Shown: piece after piece, positions 27,047 to 42,000 of the stretch
How the letters are laid out: every line of letters begins with the position of its first letter
How positions within the stretch are numbered: position 1 is the stretch's first letter
Source of the DNA: Tubiluchus corallicola
Taxonomy: Eukaryota > Animalia > Priapulida
Length of the DNA: 64,000 nucleotides
NCBI GenBank assembly: GCA_030141605.1
Contig: JAQGDQ010000008.1
Coordinates: forward strand, 1,054,001-1,118,000
Direction of reading: 5' to 3'
The notes under the pieces: model-generated
Database searches by the model: none
Told to the model about the DNA's origin: nothing
What the model saw: the letters and a program-made list of their open reading frames with translations, nothing else
Position numbers and translations under genes: made by a program

Positions 27047-30000
27047 ATGGGAGCAAAACCCAGTGTTACTCGAAACAATGATCGTTCTTTCACTGATCAT
27101 GAAAATGCGCCTACTATAGCTGCTGGTGGACTACCACATGCTCATAGTATAGCAACTGCAGGCGGAGACTCTCCTCTGTCACTGCGAGTACCACTGGGCC
27201 ATCAACGCTCAAACAGTACGTCGCATAGTGAAGCCGGACTAGAATACAGACACTTACGCCGTACTCCGAGAAGTGGTAATAGAGGACGCTTTTTTAGTTT
27301 GGGACCTCTAGGTCTTTCACCTCGTAATGAAGGCCACAACAGCCGAACACCGAGAGGTGCCAGTGGGGGCATGTTTGATTCGGACAGTAGTAGTCCTGAT
27401 GAGGATTTTGCTGGCCTTGCTCAGTTTATCCATCTGTCACAATCATTGCCTATTCAACTAGTCTCACTTGATGGTAAGTAGCAGTTTTTTGTACAATTAT
27501 TCTGACAAGTCACTGTGCGTCCCAAGTTTGGGAAGGTTTATTTCTTTGTTTATGAGATCGGATTCATTCTCAAAATCGCCATGAGACTGAGTTTATGTGG
27601 ATACGTCATAGATTTTAGTGCCATGCATGTACTGAGAGAGATTGCTAAACGTAAAAAGTGAGGAATTCAGTGGACGCCATGTTGTGCAATACAAAATACT
27701 ATTTTCGATAGTTAGGCAAGACTATTATGTCAAAACAGCCCTAGAGTGATGCATTTTCAAAGTAATGATCAATAAACAGGCTAGTAATTTCTCTTATGCC
27801 TATCCATCATATTTAAATCTATGAAGTTCACTCTAAGGTGAAAAGCTAACTAGTACTATTAAAGGATTGTCTGAGTTTTTAGATAATTTGTGATCACTGT
27901 TGTGTACCCATATCAGTATCTCTTGATTATTGTTCCATCAGTATTGTAAATAAACCAAATGAATTACTTATTTTTATCTGCCAGTGCTAGCATCTCTGAT
28001 TTCTAAGAACTCATATACTGAGTTTTTTTATTACATGTTAGGCATCCAGTTTTCCACTTTTTAATTCATGTTAACTCACAAACACTGAGAGCTAGAATTA
28101 CAAAACTTACAGGGTAGATATACTTGGGGTAGGCCCCTTGAAGGTGTGGTGAACAGTGACCTCTGTCAGAGGGTCAAGGACACTGGACATTGGTCAGTTT
28201 CTCGATTACCATATAATGCCTCTTATGGCTTATAGTTAAACTGAAAATTTTATTCATCAGTATTTAGGTATTGTAAGGTTGATTGTGTACCTATAGTGAA
28301 ATGATAAACAATCTCATATTCGAATTGGAGTTGAAGAGCTCGAGGTGCTTCATTGGCCCAGGCAAAGTCAAGTGATAAATAGTCACGAGCACCAGTACCT
28401 TGCTTAGTACTTTACTAGTATTGTCGAGTTAGCCTCACTCGCCTAAGGATGGCCAGGTGTAAACACGATCACAGGAATCGCTCCCACTTTTGGACCTCAA
28501 TTTATTCAGTCTTGTTTAACTGATCATAGCATGTTTTTGTTAGTCACATGTTTAATGTTGAGTTGAGTAACCATCTCTTTATCTGTACAGCAGTATCTTT
28601 AAAAAGGTACCATTCAGGGGCAGAAGTTCAGAAGCAGCTTAGAGAACTACTTTCAGACTGTGATTGTCTTCTTTCATTACCGCCTTCTATCAAAATCAGC
28701 TCAGGTGCATACCGCACACACTAGCCCGCATTTAAGAAGACTAGATTGGACCTAGAAATTTTAGCACACTTATAATGACCGTGCACATATTTTATTGTGG
28801 CAAGTTGTCATACTAAGAAGTAAACCAGTTACTTATGACGTCAGAACAAGTTGGCCAATTTTCCCTTAGGGTCTGCCATTGAACTGGCTAACATGCTAAT
28901 GGCAATGTAACTTGCGTTTTGTATCACCCTGAATTACACATATCTGGTGTATGTTCCCTTTCTCACTAAGTTTGTCTTGCTGCGTTGTCTGTAAACCCAC
29001 CGTCATAAAAATGAAGTTATGTGCGAATAATAATTGTTAAGATTTACGAAACTCTTGGCAAGGAATGGATCTCATCTAGCGGGATCGCAAATACGCGGAA
29101 ATCCTTTTCTGAACTTTTCATTGCACCCAAGATGTTGGCAAGTTGCCAATAGCAGCAGTCAATAACTTTTGCTTGACTCTTGGTAAATTATTACGTGATT
29201 CATCATAACACCAGCTACGCATGATCTACAACATGACTGCGCATAGCTTGCAATCTTAATTGAATTACTTCTATGTTACTCAAATGTTCATTTGTTAATT
29301 TTAATTGCTATGACACACGTCTCATTGAATTTTTATTCAGAGCAAACTCTGTGCTGATTGAATAACTCAATCCCCGCTCTCTGGATTTTACCAGAAATTT
29401 GAGTATGTAGTTATACGCAGTTTTAGATATATATTTTTAGCAGTATGTTTATTGTCGACTCGTCATAGCCAAAAAACTAATCTAATCTTAATGTCACGAG
29501 GACATTACATCACGTAGACAAAGATGTACTGTATGTCAAGTTCCCAACAGCTACCAGTCATTTCATTACACACACATTGTTTTTTGTATGATTTTGCATA
29601 TGTTTTGTACATTAACCAGTTGTGGTGTATCATATCTTAAACTGTAGAACAAACACTGCTACCAGTGATCAGCAATGCGCGAGTTTTCCGCAAATGTCAA
29701 TGATGCTAATTTTTTATCCATATTCCGTAGACTTGTGTTTATTGTTGTTTTGGTAGGCATACTATATACGTCAGCCAGCTACTGTGTATCGCAGACTGTA
29801 GAGCAAATACAGCTATGATATCACTGACGCTGTAATGTCAATTGTCACTGTTGTGCCAGCTCTTAAAACTGTATTGATCATTGCTGTCACTAGTCAACCT
29901 GTCAGCCTGCCTGTAAACGCTGGGAACTGGCTTCATTTAATGCGGCTTAACTGGCTTCCGAACCTCCATCTCATCCTGAGCTTTTTTCTCCAAAGTTTTG

Positions 30001-33000
30001 TCTTTTCGAGAGAGCCGAGGATTGCTTTGAAATCTCGATGTCTTTAGCACTGAGCTGTCACAATGGACTGGAGACGTCGCGTAGAAAATGTTGGAACTGT
30101 AGCATTCCTAGTGGCTGATGTTGGAAAATTATTTGTATAGCATGAACACAGTAAATTATTTGCCAATCACAATGGTTTGCGCATCGATAATGTTAAATTT
30201 CGGCGTTCTTGGATTTGACCCCGTCCTTGCACTAGACAAGTAGGGGAACCCTGCATGTTTTAGATTATTAATAATTTTGTTAAAATTTGTTACTTTATGA
30301 ACCTAGTATAATTGGCTAGCAGCCTACGCATCACGAAAAACGGAAAGGTGACTGATATCGCAAAAGGATGAAAATGTATTTTAGTCGATTTTTTTTTGCT
30401 TTTAAGTTTCTTGGAAAAAGTTTCTTAGTTTTGAAAATGTGAGAATTCATCAAGTGCCATATGTCTTAAGCATTTCAAGATTAAGGATGTAGTAGCTCTA
30501 CTTGGTTAAAAGTGGTATTAAAAGATGGCAACACTAGCAGTTAAATACATTACACGAAGACATCTGTTGACATTGTTCAGTGTTTAAACATCATAAACTG
30601 GTTTTTAATGTTGAGCAGCAATTCATCCCCTATACTGGGTGTTTAGATTTACCTTGCATAAATGCGACTCTATAAATGGCTGTGCTGACTGTTGAAGCCG
30701 TCTCTACGTCAAAATGCGTTATCATGCAAAGTATCGAGTAAACTCATTCAGCTACCTAGGATTCTAGGGTTATTATGATGATATTTTTCCTCTGCCTAAT
30801 TGCGTAATTCGTTTTTAGTTTTTACTCACGAATTTTGCTCAATTCACTGATAAGTTCAGTGAGGTTGTGATCCGAGAGGCGCATCAACAAAATTTGTTGT
30901 TTATGCCATTGGGGAAGTCAAAGTTTTATTTGTGAGCAGGGTCCCTTTGCCATGGACTTTTACAGGTTATGTGATAAACAAGTTACTAGTCCAGTGATCT
31001 AAATAGTATTTACCAGTTACTGGGTTTATATTGTACAATGGGTCTAGTAATACAAACAACGAATTATATAAGAATGTGCCTATCATTTTTCATTTTATAG
31101 ATATCGTATGTATAAATAATGAAAAAATGTCCATTAAAACATGGCTGTTGAGTTTGGAACCAACGTTTGTGTAGGGTGATTGCTTGTTTATGTCTGAAAT
31201 ATATGCTAGTAGAAATAAAACATATAGTTTGTTTGGTTACAAAATAAAACTTAAACCAATGAGTAAGAGAGTTTAGTAAGATGACTGGTGACTAAGTATA
31301 TTTGTGTGGTTACTATGTTTTGGCGACTCGTAGGTTGATTGAACTTCCTGATTCATTGTCTTGCGGAATTTTGAAAAAGGGATACAACTAGTTTTCTAAC
31401 TGAGTGTTCTAATTTTGGGAATTTGAATTTAAGACTTTCGTGGCATATTTATGACTGTTATCGTGACTGTTATATGAATGATTATAGTTTAGTTTTTGAT
31501 ATTTTTTATATATAATCTCAGACTTTTGAAAAAAAACTACCTTGTCTTTAGTTGTTAGACCGTGGAAGATGCACTGGGGACCTCTCGTCATTCGTATATA
31601 TAGAAAGAAAGATAGATAGATAAATAGATAGATAAAGTCAGAGAGACAGAGAATGAGGGAGGGAGAGAGAGTGAGTGAGTGAGAGAAAGAGAGAGAGAGA
31701 GACATATGCATAAGGCAATATTCAATCCAATCCAGTATTAGACAAAAACCTCATTGGTTGCCTCACGTGCTACCACAGTATAAAACCTGCACATGTCATC
31801 CAGAGTCAAGTCTATAAGCGATATTATTTCATGATGTAACTCATGCAAGTCTGAGAAATGAAGTGACATTTTTCTTTTAGTTGCTGATGCCACATGCGTT
31901 TTCATATTTTCGCAACTTTATTTAATGATTTTTATTACCGCAGACGTTTTCGTTGCATGTCAAACAGCCAGGCTTTGAAATTGCGGAAATTTACTTATTC
32001 ATATGCAGTGTGTGGGGATTTCTTTCTCATCTCGCACACACTGTGACTCATGAATTTTAAAAGCTTCGCATTATTTTGCTAACTAAATTTTGAATCCTTG
32101 AAAACTAAGTTTGTCTCATGCATCATGACTGTGCAAGCAAGCATTGGACCTGGGCATCTTAAGGGAGCCGCTGGCTGGAAGCCAAGCTAACATCTGGATA
32201 TGATATTTATCTGGCGTGATGAAGCCTTACTCGTGTTCACTGTACATACCAAAAATCAACCTTAACCTCAAATTGAATGTGATTGAGAAGCGTTGCGTTT
32301 GAAGGCAATTCTCTTCACTCGCTTAGATACAGCTTAGGTGATTAAAATAGGAGTAACAGAAATCTTGCAGAAATGTTAAATTGAAGCTGCAAAACTAGCA
32401 GCAAAGATGTTACTATTGATGCTATCTTAAACTGAATTAAATGTGATGCACATTAATTCTGCTAATGTATATAGAACTTTATATATTTGTAGCTATTTTG
32501 GTTATACATATATAAACATACACAGTTACATACACATATTCCTTGATTCATACATTCCCGAAAAGCGACAGTCTGACAAATAATTTTACTTTTATTACAA
32601 AACGAATAGGATTTACAATTTTTAAAAATAACTAGTAAAAGAGGGGTTTAAGGCCTAAAATCCAAGATACAAAAGGGTTGTGACTTGCCACTGTTTTTGT
32701 GCAATGTATGCTACGATTTTTCTTTCTTTTATTTTGCTACTTTCTGCTCGAAAATATGTAACTCCTTGATGCTGTATTCCAAAGTGAAATTTATTTTATT
32801 TCATGTAACTTAAAACGCTGTCAATATATTTTCTGAATGGCTTGGCGACTGTATAAAATGTGTTTTTCTCAAACGCTACCTCGATTTGTGCGTATACTGA
32901 ATTTACTATTTACTGCATTGGCAATGTGCATATCGTGTGACCTAGCAAAATATTTTTCGAACGTAATGGTAATTTTTCCAAAGGTAAAAACGATGAAGTT

Positions 33001-36000
33001 GTAATGCGCCTGATAACGAAATTATGAAATACGTTGCCGTTGCTATTATCGTGTTTGTCACTATTACGATAAATACAAATAAAGTCGGTTTAATTTAGCG
33101 GTGCTGTCCCATTTAAAATGTGTCAAAAGCGTACTAGCAGTACTACTGAGAGTCAATGATTTAAACACCACAATTTATTTAGATGAGGTGCATAGCCGAG
33201 TATGCTTGGAGACCGAAGTGTTGTCGAGGCTAGTCGATTAATACATTTTCGTTCTCGATGGATGCCGATTCTAGCTGTTTACTTTACTAAGAACCGATAT
33301 ATTCACAGCAAACTTATCTGTAACTAAGAAACCTCTGTATGTTCAGTATGTTTGAGAAGGGTGTTTGAGAAAAAACACATTTTAAAAAATCGCATAGGCA
33401 CTCGAGAAAATGTACTTTCAAAATGTATAAGCCTGTTGGCAGCGTTGACAGCGTTGTACATGTATATGAAATAACGTTTCACTTTGGAATATAGTATCAA
33501 GAGTTCGAGATATTTTCGAGCAGGAAACAGAAAAGAAAAATCGTAGCCTACGTTGCGCAAAAACAGTGAGAAGTCACCACACTTTTGCGTGAACCAGATT
33601 TAGGTCTTACCACGGCTATCTACAGCCGGTCGGTCCTGCCATTGAATGTTGGATTCCGGCTTGCAGTGTGCCGAATCGTACAAAAAATGGATTTATTTAA
33701 GCTGCGAAACAACTTCACGAGAGTTTCAGCTACTTTTCTTTATGAAAATTCTCTCTGGCAGAGCTAGAGCTATCTCCGGGTGCATTTTCAGGTTTGCTAG
33801 GTTTGCAAGATAAACATATTGAACCGATTTCACGGATCCCGCTCAATAAACAGCTAGCCTGAGTGTGCGCTTCTAGTATTAGTAAATAATAAATACCACC
33901 AAAGTTCCAGTCCATAATAAACTGAGAGCTGCTATTCGCCTTCGTTTACTAAGAAGTCGAAAACTTGAACCTCGTGAAGTCGCATTCACACCTCACACTT
34001 TCTCGTGTGAATGTTTAAGGAAGGAAAGCTCGATTATGAAGTTATCTAGATTCTGCATGATTGCTCTTGTATATAAAGTATAATACACTGTGCACCCTGC
34101 AAGTTTTAAACATAAATTTTGCTATTAAGCTTACATTCCTTAGAAATCAATGCCAGTTTGGCCAATTTGGTTCGAAACCAGTTAATTTACGTCATTGTTT
34201 CATAGTAATTAGCATCGTAATAACCCTGGCAAAACCCACAACAACAACACGTACGACTCTCACCACAGAATACACACTCCCCATACCCACTGTGATCGGT
34301 AGCAAAGCTACAGGAAAAAGTCTGTTTTGGCTAGGAAAAACTCGTATTTAATTTTCGTAGACTTAGTGTTAGGGTACGGTTATTCGTTGTTCTCCATGCC
34401 TTTTTTCCCGGTGACTATTTTTTAACCTGTATTCCCACCCACACCACACCGTGTTGCCGCGCCGTTGTAGCTGGTTATAACAATAGCAACAACGCGACGT
34501 ATAACAATAACAGTAATGCGACAACAACTACTTAGATGTAGATGCGTTATTGTTACAAGGAAACTGCAACTGTTAACACTTGGTTTACCTTTAAAATGAA
34601 AAAGCTCTAAAAGAAAAATGTTTTCTGTAACATCTGTATTAAATTAAAATCAGTTATTTTCAATGATGCGCAAACATTCCACTTAGTGTCGCGTTTACTT
34701 GTTTAACAATATAATGACAGTGATATGCTAATACCCATTACGTATAGCTTACGTTAGAGTAGCTGTTGATGACAATGTACGGAAGAGCCGCACATCCCCA
34801 AAAGACAAAGCCTGTTCAAATTCTGTTATAAAGATGTTGAAAAAACTGTAAAATACACTCTCCCCAATTTGTTAAGTGTTTGTTAAGGAATCTTTCTAAA
34901 TGAAATGTTCACACTTTACAGATCTTTTCGTCTTTTTCTGCGTGTGTTCTTATATTTTTCAAGTCGCCAAAACAGTTTCCAAAAATCGATTTTTTTTCTT
35001 GAGATTGTTGCGCTTTTTTCCGAAAATTTGGGGAGAGGCGGGTCTAGAAAAAACGATTATTGCGGTGACTCATTAAACACCTAGGAAAGCAAACACCCTA
35101 CGTTGAAAGCTCTTTCCGATGATATACAGTGTATAATATAACACTCAATCGCGCCCCCGCACTTCACAGTTCTAATTTCAGTCTTGTTATAAGTTTTGGC
35201 GCGAAAAACGGGCAAACATTGCCATTGTTAGAGTTTTTGCCCGTCGTTGAGACTCCCTTTGCCTTCTCGGACGGTCCGAATCGAAAAATGGATCCCTATT
35301 GGATAATGGGAGACCAAGACAGTTCGTTCGGTATATAATTTGTCAAAAATGGTTCAGTAGTTGTAGAGAAAATACAGTATTATATAAATATAATAAATCG
35401 GTCTAACAAATCCCTAAATATACTTGGAGAAATATACTATTATTACTTTACTTGTGCATATATATATATATATATTAAGTGTTCCATTCTCCAATGTATA
35501 AGATGACTCAAGATCATGCCAAAATTTCAAATGCAAAAACTGCTGTGAAATTTCAACAGTGCTTTAGCAATAAGGCATCCGATTTTCTTCAAACCGGAAT
35601 TTTAAAACTGAACCCAACATTAAAAAAAACTGACACGATTTAACGTGGATTAGACATTGGGTGTCATGCGGCGCGTAAAAATTCCTTTACTGTATCAAAA
35701 ACAGTTTGGCATTTGAAACATTGAAACATTATCAAAAATTCTTCTGAAGTGAAGCTTTCTGAAAAGCCATCAACTTCGCTTCTCGGTCTTTTGATTCTTA
35801 CACACTGACTTTTATTCTGTCATTGAACTGAAATAAGAAATTGGTTGTTTATTTTATGCTATAGAAGATGGTCATTCATAACCAGTGAGCATTCCCTACA
35901 TCAGTAATGCTGAATCCAAGAAACGGTAGGACTCCACGTGTGCGTGATCCTAACTGTAATGCGTGAGGAGTATTAACTTTTTCCATGTGTTCGTAAGCGC

Positions 36001-39000
36001 TAGGCGTATTAACAAAGCTCATGGTGTTCTTTCAGATATTTTTAGTTACTGTTCACAAAAATTAGAAGTAATAATTTTTGGAAGCCATGTCTGTGTCAAA
36101 AATTAGCTTATCAGTCTGTACTATTAGCCGGAAAAATTCAAAAGAAAGCACTGATTTTGCACTGGGTACGTAACATTTTTGCAAGTGAGAGAAAAATATA
36201 GCGTGTATAACCATATCACCACTTAGTTAAAACACTGCAACTAGATGCAGAACAACATAATTGCACGCTTCTTCTAAGCTCTCAAAGGCTCAATAAAAAC
36301 AACAATGTGGAAGAAATATTTTTGTGTATAGGTTCTGAAGTTACCAAAATTCACCTGACCAGGAAGCCAACCAGCGAAAATGATCACCGGAAACCTGAAA
36401 ATTCGGTAAATCACAAGGCAAAGGCGGCTTCCCGTCTGCGTGATGCGTACTCGGACGAACGCATTGCGCCTTCAGTGTACACATGGAAACACTTCCACGT
36501 GTTTAAATACAAACTGTTGTACATGCACTATAGATCATGCATCACGCATTACGCGCACCTGGAGTCATACTATAGTTACGCTAACTGAAACATATTTATA
36601 GACTTACAGTGAATCACTTTTGAGCTAATTTTTACCTCTCGTTATAGCAAAATCAAAATCATAGTGTTGTAGTTTGTTACTGCATTCTTCAGTTTATTAT
36701 TTTTACAGCGAGAAGACTAAGCTTTATTCGTGGCATGATTTTATTTGCAATTTTGTATAGAGGGGAATTTGCAGATTAGACTTGAACCTGAACATCATTT
36801 GTCTTGCAGCTTAATTATTTACAAAACCCACGAATTATGTGCTAGTTGCTTGAATATAATCCAGCATTATACATTTTGTTTTGGCTACTAGATATAAAGT
36901 AGAGTAGCCGATGTGGGTTTGGTTATTCAACTAAATGCAAACTGTGTCGAATTGTGCTTCACTAATTTCCTTCTTTCTTATTTCAGGTATCAAATGTCCA
37001 ATATGCTCAAAAGTCTTGCCATCTGATGACGTTGAATGTCATCTAGTAATGTGCCTGACTAAGCCAAGAGTTACATTCAATGGTAACATCATTTTTCCAT
37101 AAGTGTTTATATTTTACAGCATTTTTCTAAGTGTTTGTGTTTTTTGCATTGCTCTTACATTTACTTGCTCCAAGCCGAGGAAGCCAGCTAGTCTTTTGAT
37201 TCGTGGAAAAGTAACTAACCTAGTACCTCTTAGGGAGACCATAAATGGTGAATTCTTTTGGCAATTGAATCTTGAATCAAATCACAAAAATATTTTTTTT
37301 GAATCCAAGTGAATCTTAGACTGAATCAGTCATAAGCAGCTTCTGTGTATTATATCTGTGTGTGAAAAAATGGCAGTATTTGAAATCAAAGGTGACGTCC
37401 AAACCAATGCAAAGCCAGCACTAAGCTTTTGGCAGAACACATGCATATGCGTAATGCACTATTAATTTTGATGGAGAATATATTAACCCTTTTATCAGTG
37501 CAAACCAATTACCAACGATCAGCCAAAAGCTCTCTCCGGGAGTAAACTTTAAGTCACTTCGACTCACTAGACCCCACACACAGTATAAAACCGATAGTCA
37601 TTAAGTGGTTTTATTACTACGTTGTAACATGTTATCAGTTTCTTGTATGGATCAGGCAAAGTTTTATTAACTTTAAGACTATAGGCGAATGCCGGAAGTG
37701 TTATACCTATTCAATTCTTGTATGATTAATTTGTATTATCACTGAGACACAAAAATTGTTCGCTGTATAAGCTATTACATCGCTAAGTGTGTAAAAGGCC
37801 ACTTTTTTATTAATTGGTAGCCAAAAAGATGTACTAAACTAGGAAGTTGCTGGACTTTCAAAATTTTGTTATTATGAAATGCTGTACCTCACAAACGCAC
37901 ATCCAGCTACTATTTACATTTGACATCGCTTAATCTGTGAAAATTAGTTCCCAGTTAAAGTAAATTACAGTAAAAACTGAAATGTGGTAGAAATTTTGCA
38001 ATCCTGAGTTTCAGAGTGAAATTGACAGATTTTGTAGTTTGATAAGTTTGGCGAAGTAAAACTGGTTTAGTGCGGGGTACCATATGCGTCGTGGATTGTG
38101 TGTAGCATGCAAACTGAACCTGGCCCCATTGTCCTTTCGAAAACTTGAGTACTCTGACCAGATTGATTAATTTTGTAATCCGTTTCAGATGATGTGCTGG
38201 AAGCCGATAGCGGAGAATGTGCAATTTGTCTAGATGAGATGGTTCAAGGAGATACAATAGCCAGATTACCATGTCTTTGCATATATCATAAAATGTAAGT
38301 TTGCTTGCAATTGCATGTTGCTTTTGTGACCTGCGTAAAAACTTGTTAGAAGTGTTAGTGCTGTTGACTGTTGCTATCTGGACGTCTGTAAAATTGAGAT
38401 TGAGAAACTCTTAGCAACCATTTAGGCTTAGTGGTCAAGCAAAGGTGCGTTTAATGATCACAACTGCATGCTCATGGCTCATTGGCATAAAATGGTTGTA
38501 TGGAACCATAGCTTGCATTTTCCGAACGTACTGGCAATCATTTCATGAAGGCAGAAGTCTCTTAGGCTTACTTTTCGATCTGTCTGGCTTCCAACGCCTT
38601 TATAATATCCATATGCGAACTCCTGCACTTGACTTGGCTGCAGGTGATCAAAAGTTAAGCATTGTTACATCACAAAAACATCTAAATACGAACACAAAGA
38701 ACATTGTCGAAAAATTGTCAGTACTGAATGCAGTTTCTGTTACTTAACTACGTTTTTGTAAGATGAAGTGTGCATCAAAATAAAATTTCGAAGTAAATTT
38801 AAAAGAAATTAAATCTATTTTCAGAATTGGATTTCAAAGCAAATCTGCCACTTCTAAAATACGGTTCTTGTGTCATTTGAGCTCTTTTTCGTGATATCTT
38901 TACACCCAGTTTTTGCTCAATTTTTATGATCCAGTTATTGTCAAAAAAGCAAAATGCTTATAGTTTATGTACATGTGTCCATATTCCGGCGTGTCATTTC

Positions 39001-42000
39001 CAACATTACTACATTAGTGTCTTTTTGGTAAAGCTGAATAATGGAACAAAAGCTATTCAGTTAAATTAAATGCTACCTCTAACAAGTGTAACATTATAGA
39101 ATTTGCTTTAAGTATCGATGTCTAGCCGTGCGCGTCGCGATTACTCATAAAATATTAATCATATCTACTAAGAAATTTGCTTTATTGATTAATAACAATT
39201 ACTGGCGCCATTTGAGAAATTGTTAACCGATCGATACTAACGGCATAAAGTGCACTGCTAATCAATTTATGTTGTGTGAAACTTGCATGAAACCTTGAGT
39301 TTCTGTATGGAAATGTACTTGGGCATTGCTGCATTATAAAGTGATAAAAACATTTGGACTATTTGAACAAAACTCTAATGCAAAAATGTTAAATTTTCTT
39401 GATAAAACTTAAACAAAACATTAAATTTAGCCCTTCCGCAGTGGATCTAACCTGATTTCCTGCAGTGAGTACGGTCGTAAATTGATAGATTGTTATGAAA
39501 TAGCTTGACGAATGCACTGTATTATTTATTTTGACAGGATTCGGAATGTAGAAATGTTAACCCGTCAGTTTGTTTTGCGGGTGTTTTCTTTTAAGAGACG
39601 AATTTGTTAAGACCAGCAAATATATTCCTCTTCTCATATTCAAACTTTTTTTCAAATTAAAGAGGTGGCTTTGTATTCTTGTTAATGGAAGACAAAGTAG
39701 TTCGTACAATATATCGTAGCATAGTGTTTATAAAACAAACATCTCACCATGATACCATTTACCAAAAAAATATCAAGTTATTTAATGATTTTTTATACAC
39801 TCGCCACTCTACACACTGGAATCCAGCAGCACGCGGTAGCAGGACTTATTTAAATCCAGCAGCACGCGGTAGCAGGACTTATTTAATGTAGATCGTTGTG
39901 GCAAAACCTGAATCTAGTTCATTATCAAGGCCAATTCTCTGAAATGAGACACTGAACTAGTAGAAGTGTCTTCCCAGCCAAGTTCAGATGTGAATGCGCC
40001 TGCGCTATTTGGGGTATATAAACTATAATCATTATGGCAAATGAAACTGTCTAGAGTATCCTACATGATGGTTACCCATCCAGTCGTTGACTAGCCTTGG
40101 CATCATTCTGACAAAGTACTCTAAGTGCTATATGTGCTAAAAATACATTATGCACATGTATAATATATAATGTTATATACGTATAATGTATTAAGTACTT
40201 TTAATGAGCTGTAGCTGGAATCTCAGTCTTAACAACAACAACAGAACAAAACACCAACCATGTGATAAGCATGCCTACTGGCATTTATTTAGAAATTGTG
40301 GATGAGACGTTTTGACCATCCCTAATAGTTGTTTTCAGTCTACAAAGGAATAATACAAACAGATTAAATCTACTTATTATTTCACACAAAGTATGAAATG
40401 ACCATGGGTGTGTGTGGTCGAACATCTCCATACTTTCTAAATAAATGCCATTAGGCATGTTTAATTACATCGTTGGTGATTTTGTTTTGCTTTCATTGAG
40501 TTGATTTACTAGAACATTTTGGTAATCCTACAATCTCAGTCAATTTGTATACCTGATAGTTTTCTTCAGTAAAATAAATTTAATTACAAAACGTTTTGCG
40601 AGCTCACTTGTAACAGTCATTTTATATTATGTCGTTTCGGTCAATTTATTTTCCACGAAATTTTATCGAAAATGATATAAATGATTTTGATAAGAAACCT
40701 GTCAAAACATTAAACATCCCAGTGAAAAATGTTACTGAAGCAGAGATACAAATGATATAATAGTATTGATAAACAAAATAATTGTTCTAGGCAGTTTCAG
40801 CTGTCATTACTAACAAAGCAATAGATATATTCTTTTGGAAATTTAACTCCAATTAGAAAGATATATGTTCACTATTCTGTGCATATTTATTAAATTAAAA
40901 GGTGGGCAAACACTCATTATACATGTTTGCTCGTTTTTTTTTGTTAGAACTAAAAATCAGAAGAGGGTGTAAATTCCTAATTTTAAATATTTGTTTTTCT
41001 TACATAATTACATAATGCACAAGCTCACCATTCCAGATTTTTACTTTACATCTGCATTTTGCAAAATTGCATTTCCAAGCTGCTTACATTTCAAACCAAA
41101 AGAAAAAAGTGTTAATCACAGCTGCTTGTCTTTTCTACTCTCAAAGGAGGTCACAGCATCCGACATTTTAGTTTGTTTTTTGAAGAATTCTTATGCCTGT
41201 TTGGTAAAATTGCTGAAAAACTTACAGCACAGAGTCAGTGACTGCAATACTATTGTTTGTGTAGGCACAGGTTCCAGTCAGCTTATTTAAACATCACCAT
41301 AGCAATCGATTTAGTATCAGATCTTTCCTGTTGCGTGTGTCCTGCATCTCAGCATTCATAGCCGAGCAGTCACGCCAATGTGCTTCGCCTTAATGGCTCG
41401 TGATCTGCTGGGTAGCCTGGGTTCAATATTTGTTATGCACAATTTCATTTGCTGTACCAAGCCTGGATGTTTACATCATTGAAGGTGGGTGTAAGCACAT
41501 CCATACTCGGTTAAGACACTCCTTTTAGTTTGGTGGTTTGGTAGTTTAGTTTGGATAGCCTTGATAATGAGAGAACTAGACAAATGTGGCGTTAATTAAG
41601 CCTTGCTGCGAATGTAAAATTTCGGTTTCTATCACTTGACTCAGACAAGAACCGCCAGGCATGTAAGTAAGATTGACGGTGAATAAAGGAGGATCTTTCA
41701 ATCTTGGACAAAGGATCACCTAAGCATACATGAGGAACTTTATTAGGTATCATAAACAAATCAGTATTTAAACCATAAATAAACCATAATTTGTCTGAAA
41801 CGCTAAGAGACGTTGTTTCACCTGTTAACTTTATCAAGCTATTTATAACGAACGTTCTCAACATTTAGTGACATTTTAATGTTACTAGTCACAAAACATT
41901 AAATAATTGCTAAGAAACGCTAATAATTGTATGGTGCACATAAAGTAGTAAGATTACATAGACGGTTGGTAAAAAAATCTGTCTGCAACAAATTCTTTGA

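Noticed and set aside
30063-30243. Small ORFs (25-41 aa) in ZNRF intron 1
   Set aside because: No recognisable motifs or frame-compatible splice sites, and lengths expected by chance.
40054-40105. 5S rRNA-like segment on the minus strand
   Set aside because: Only a short, diverged resemblance (ggttacccatccag). It is more likely a SINE remnant than an rRNA gene.
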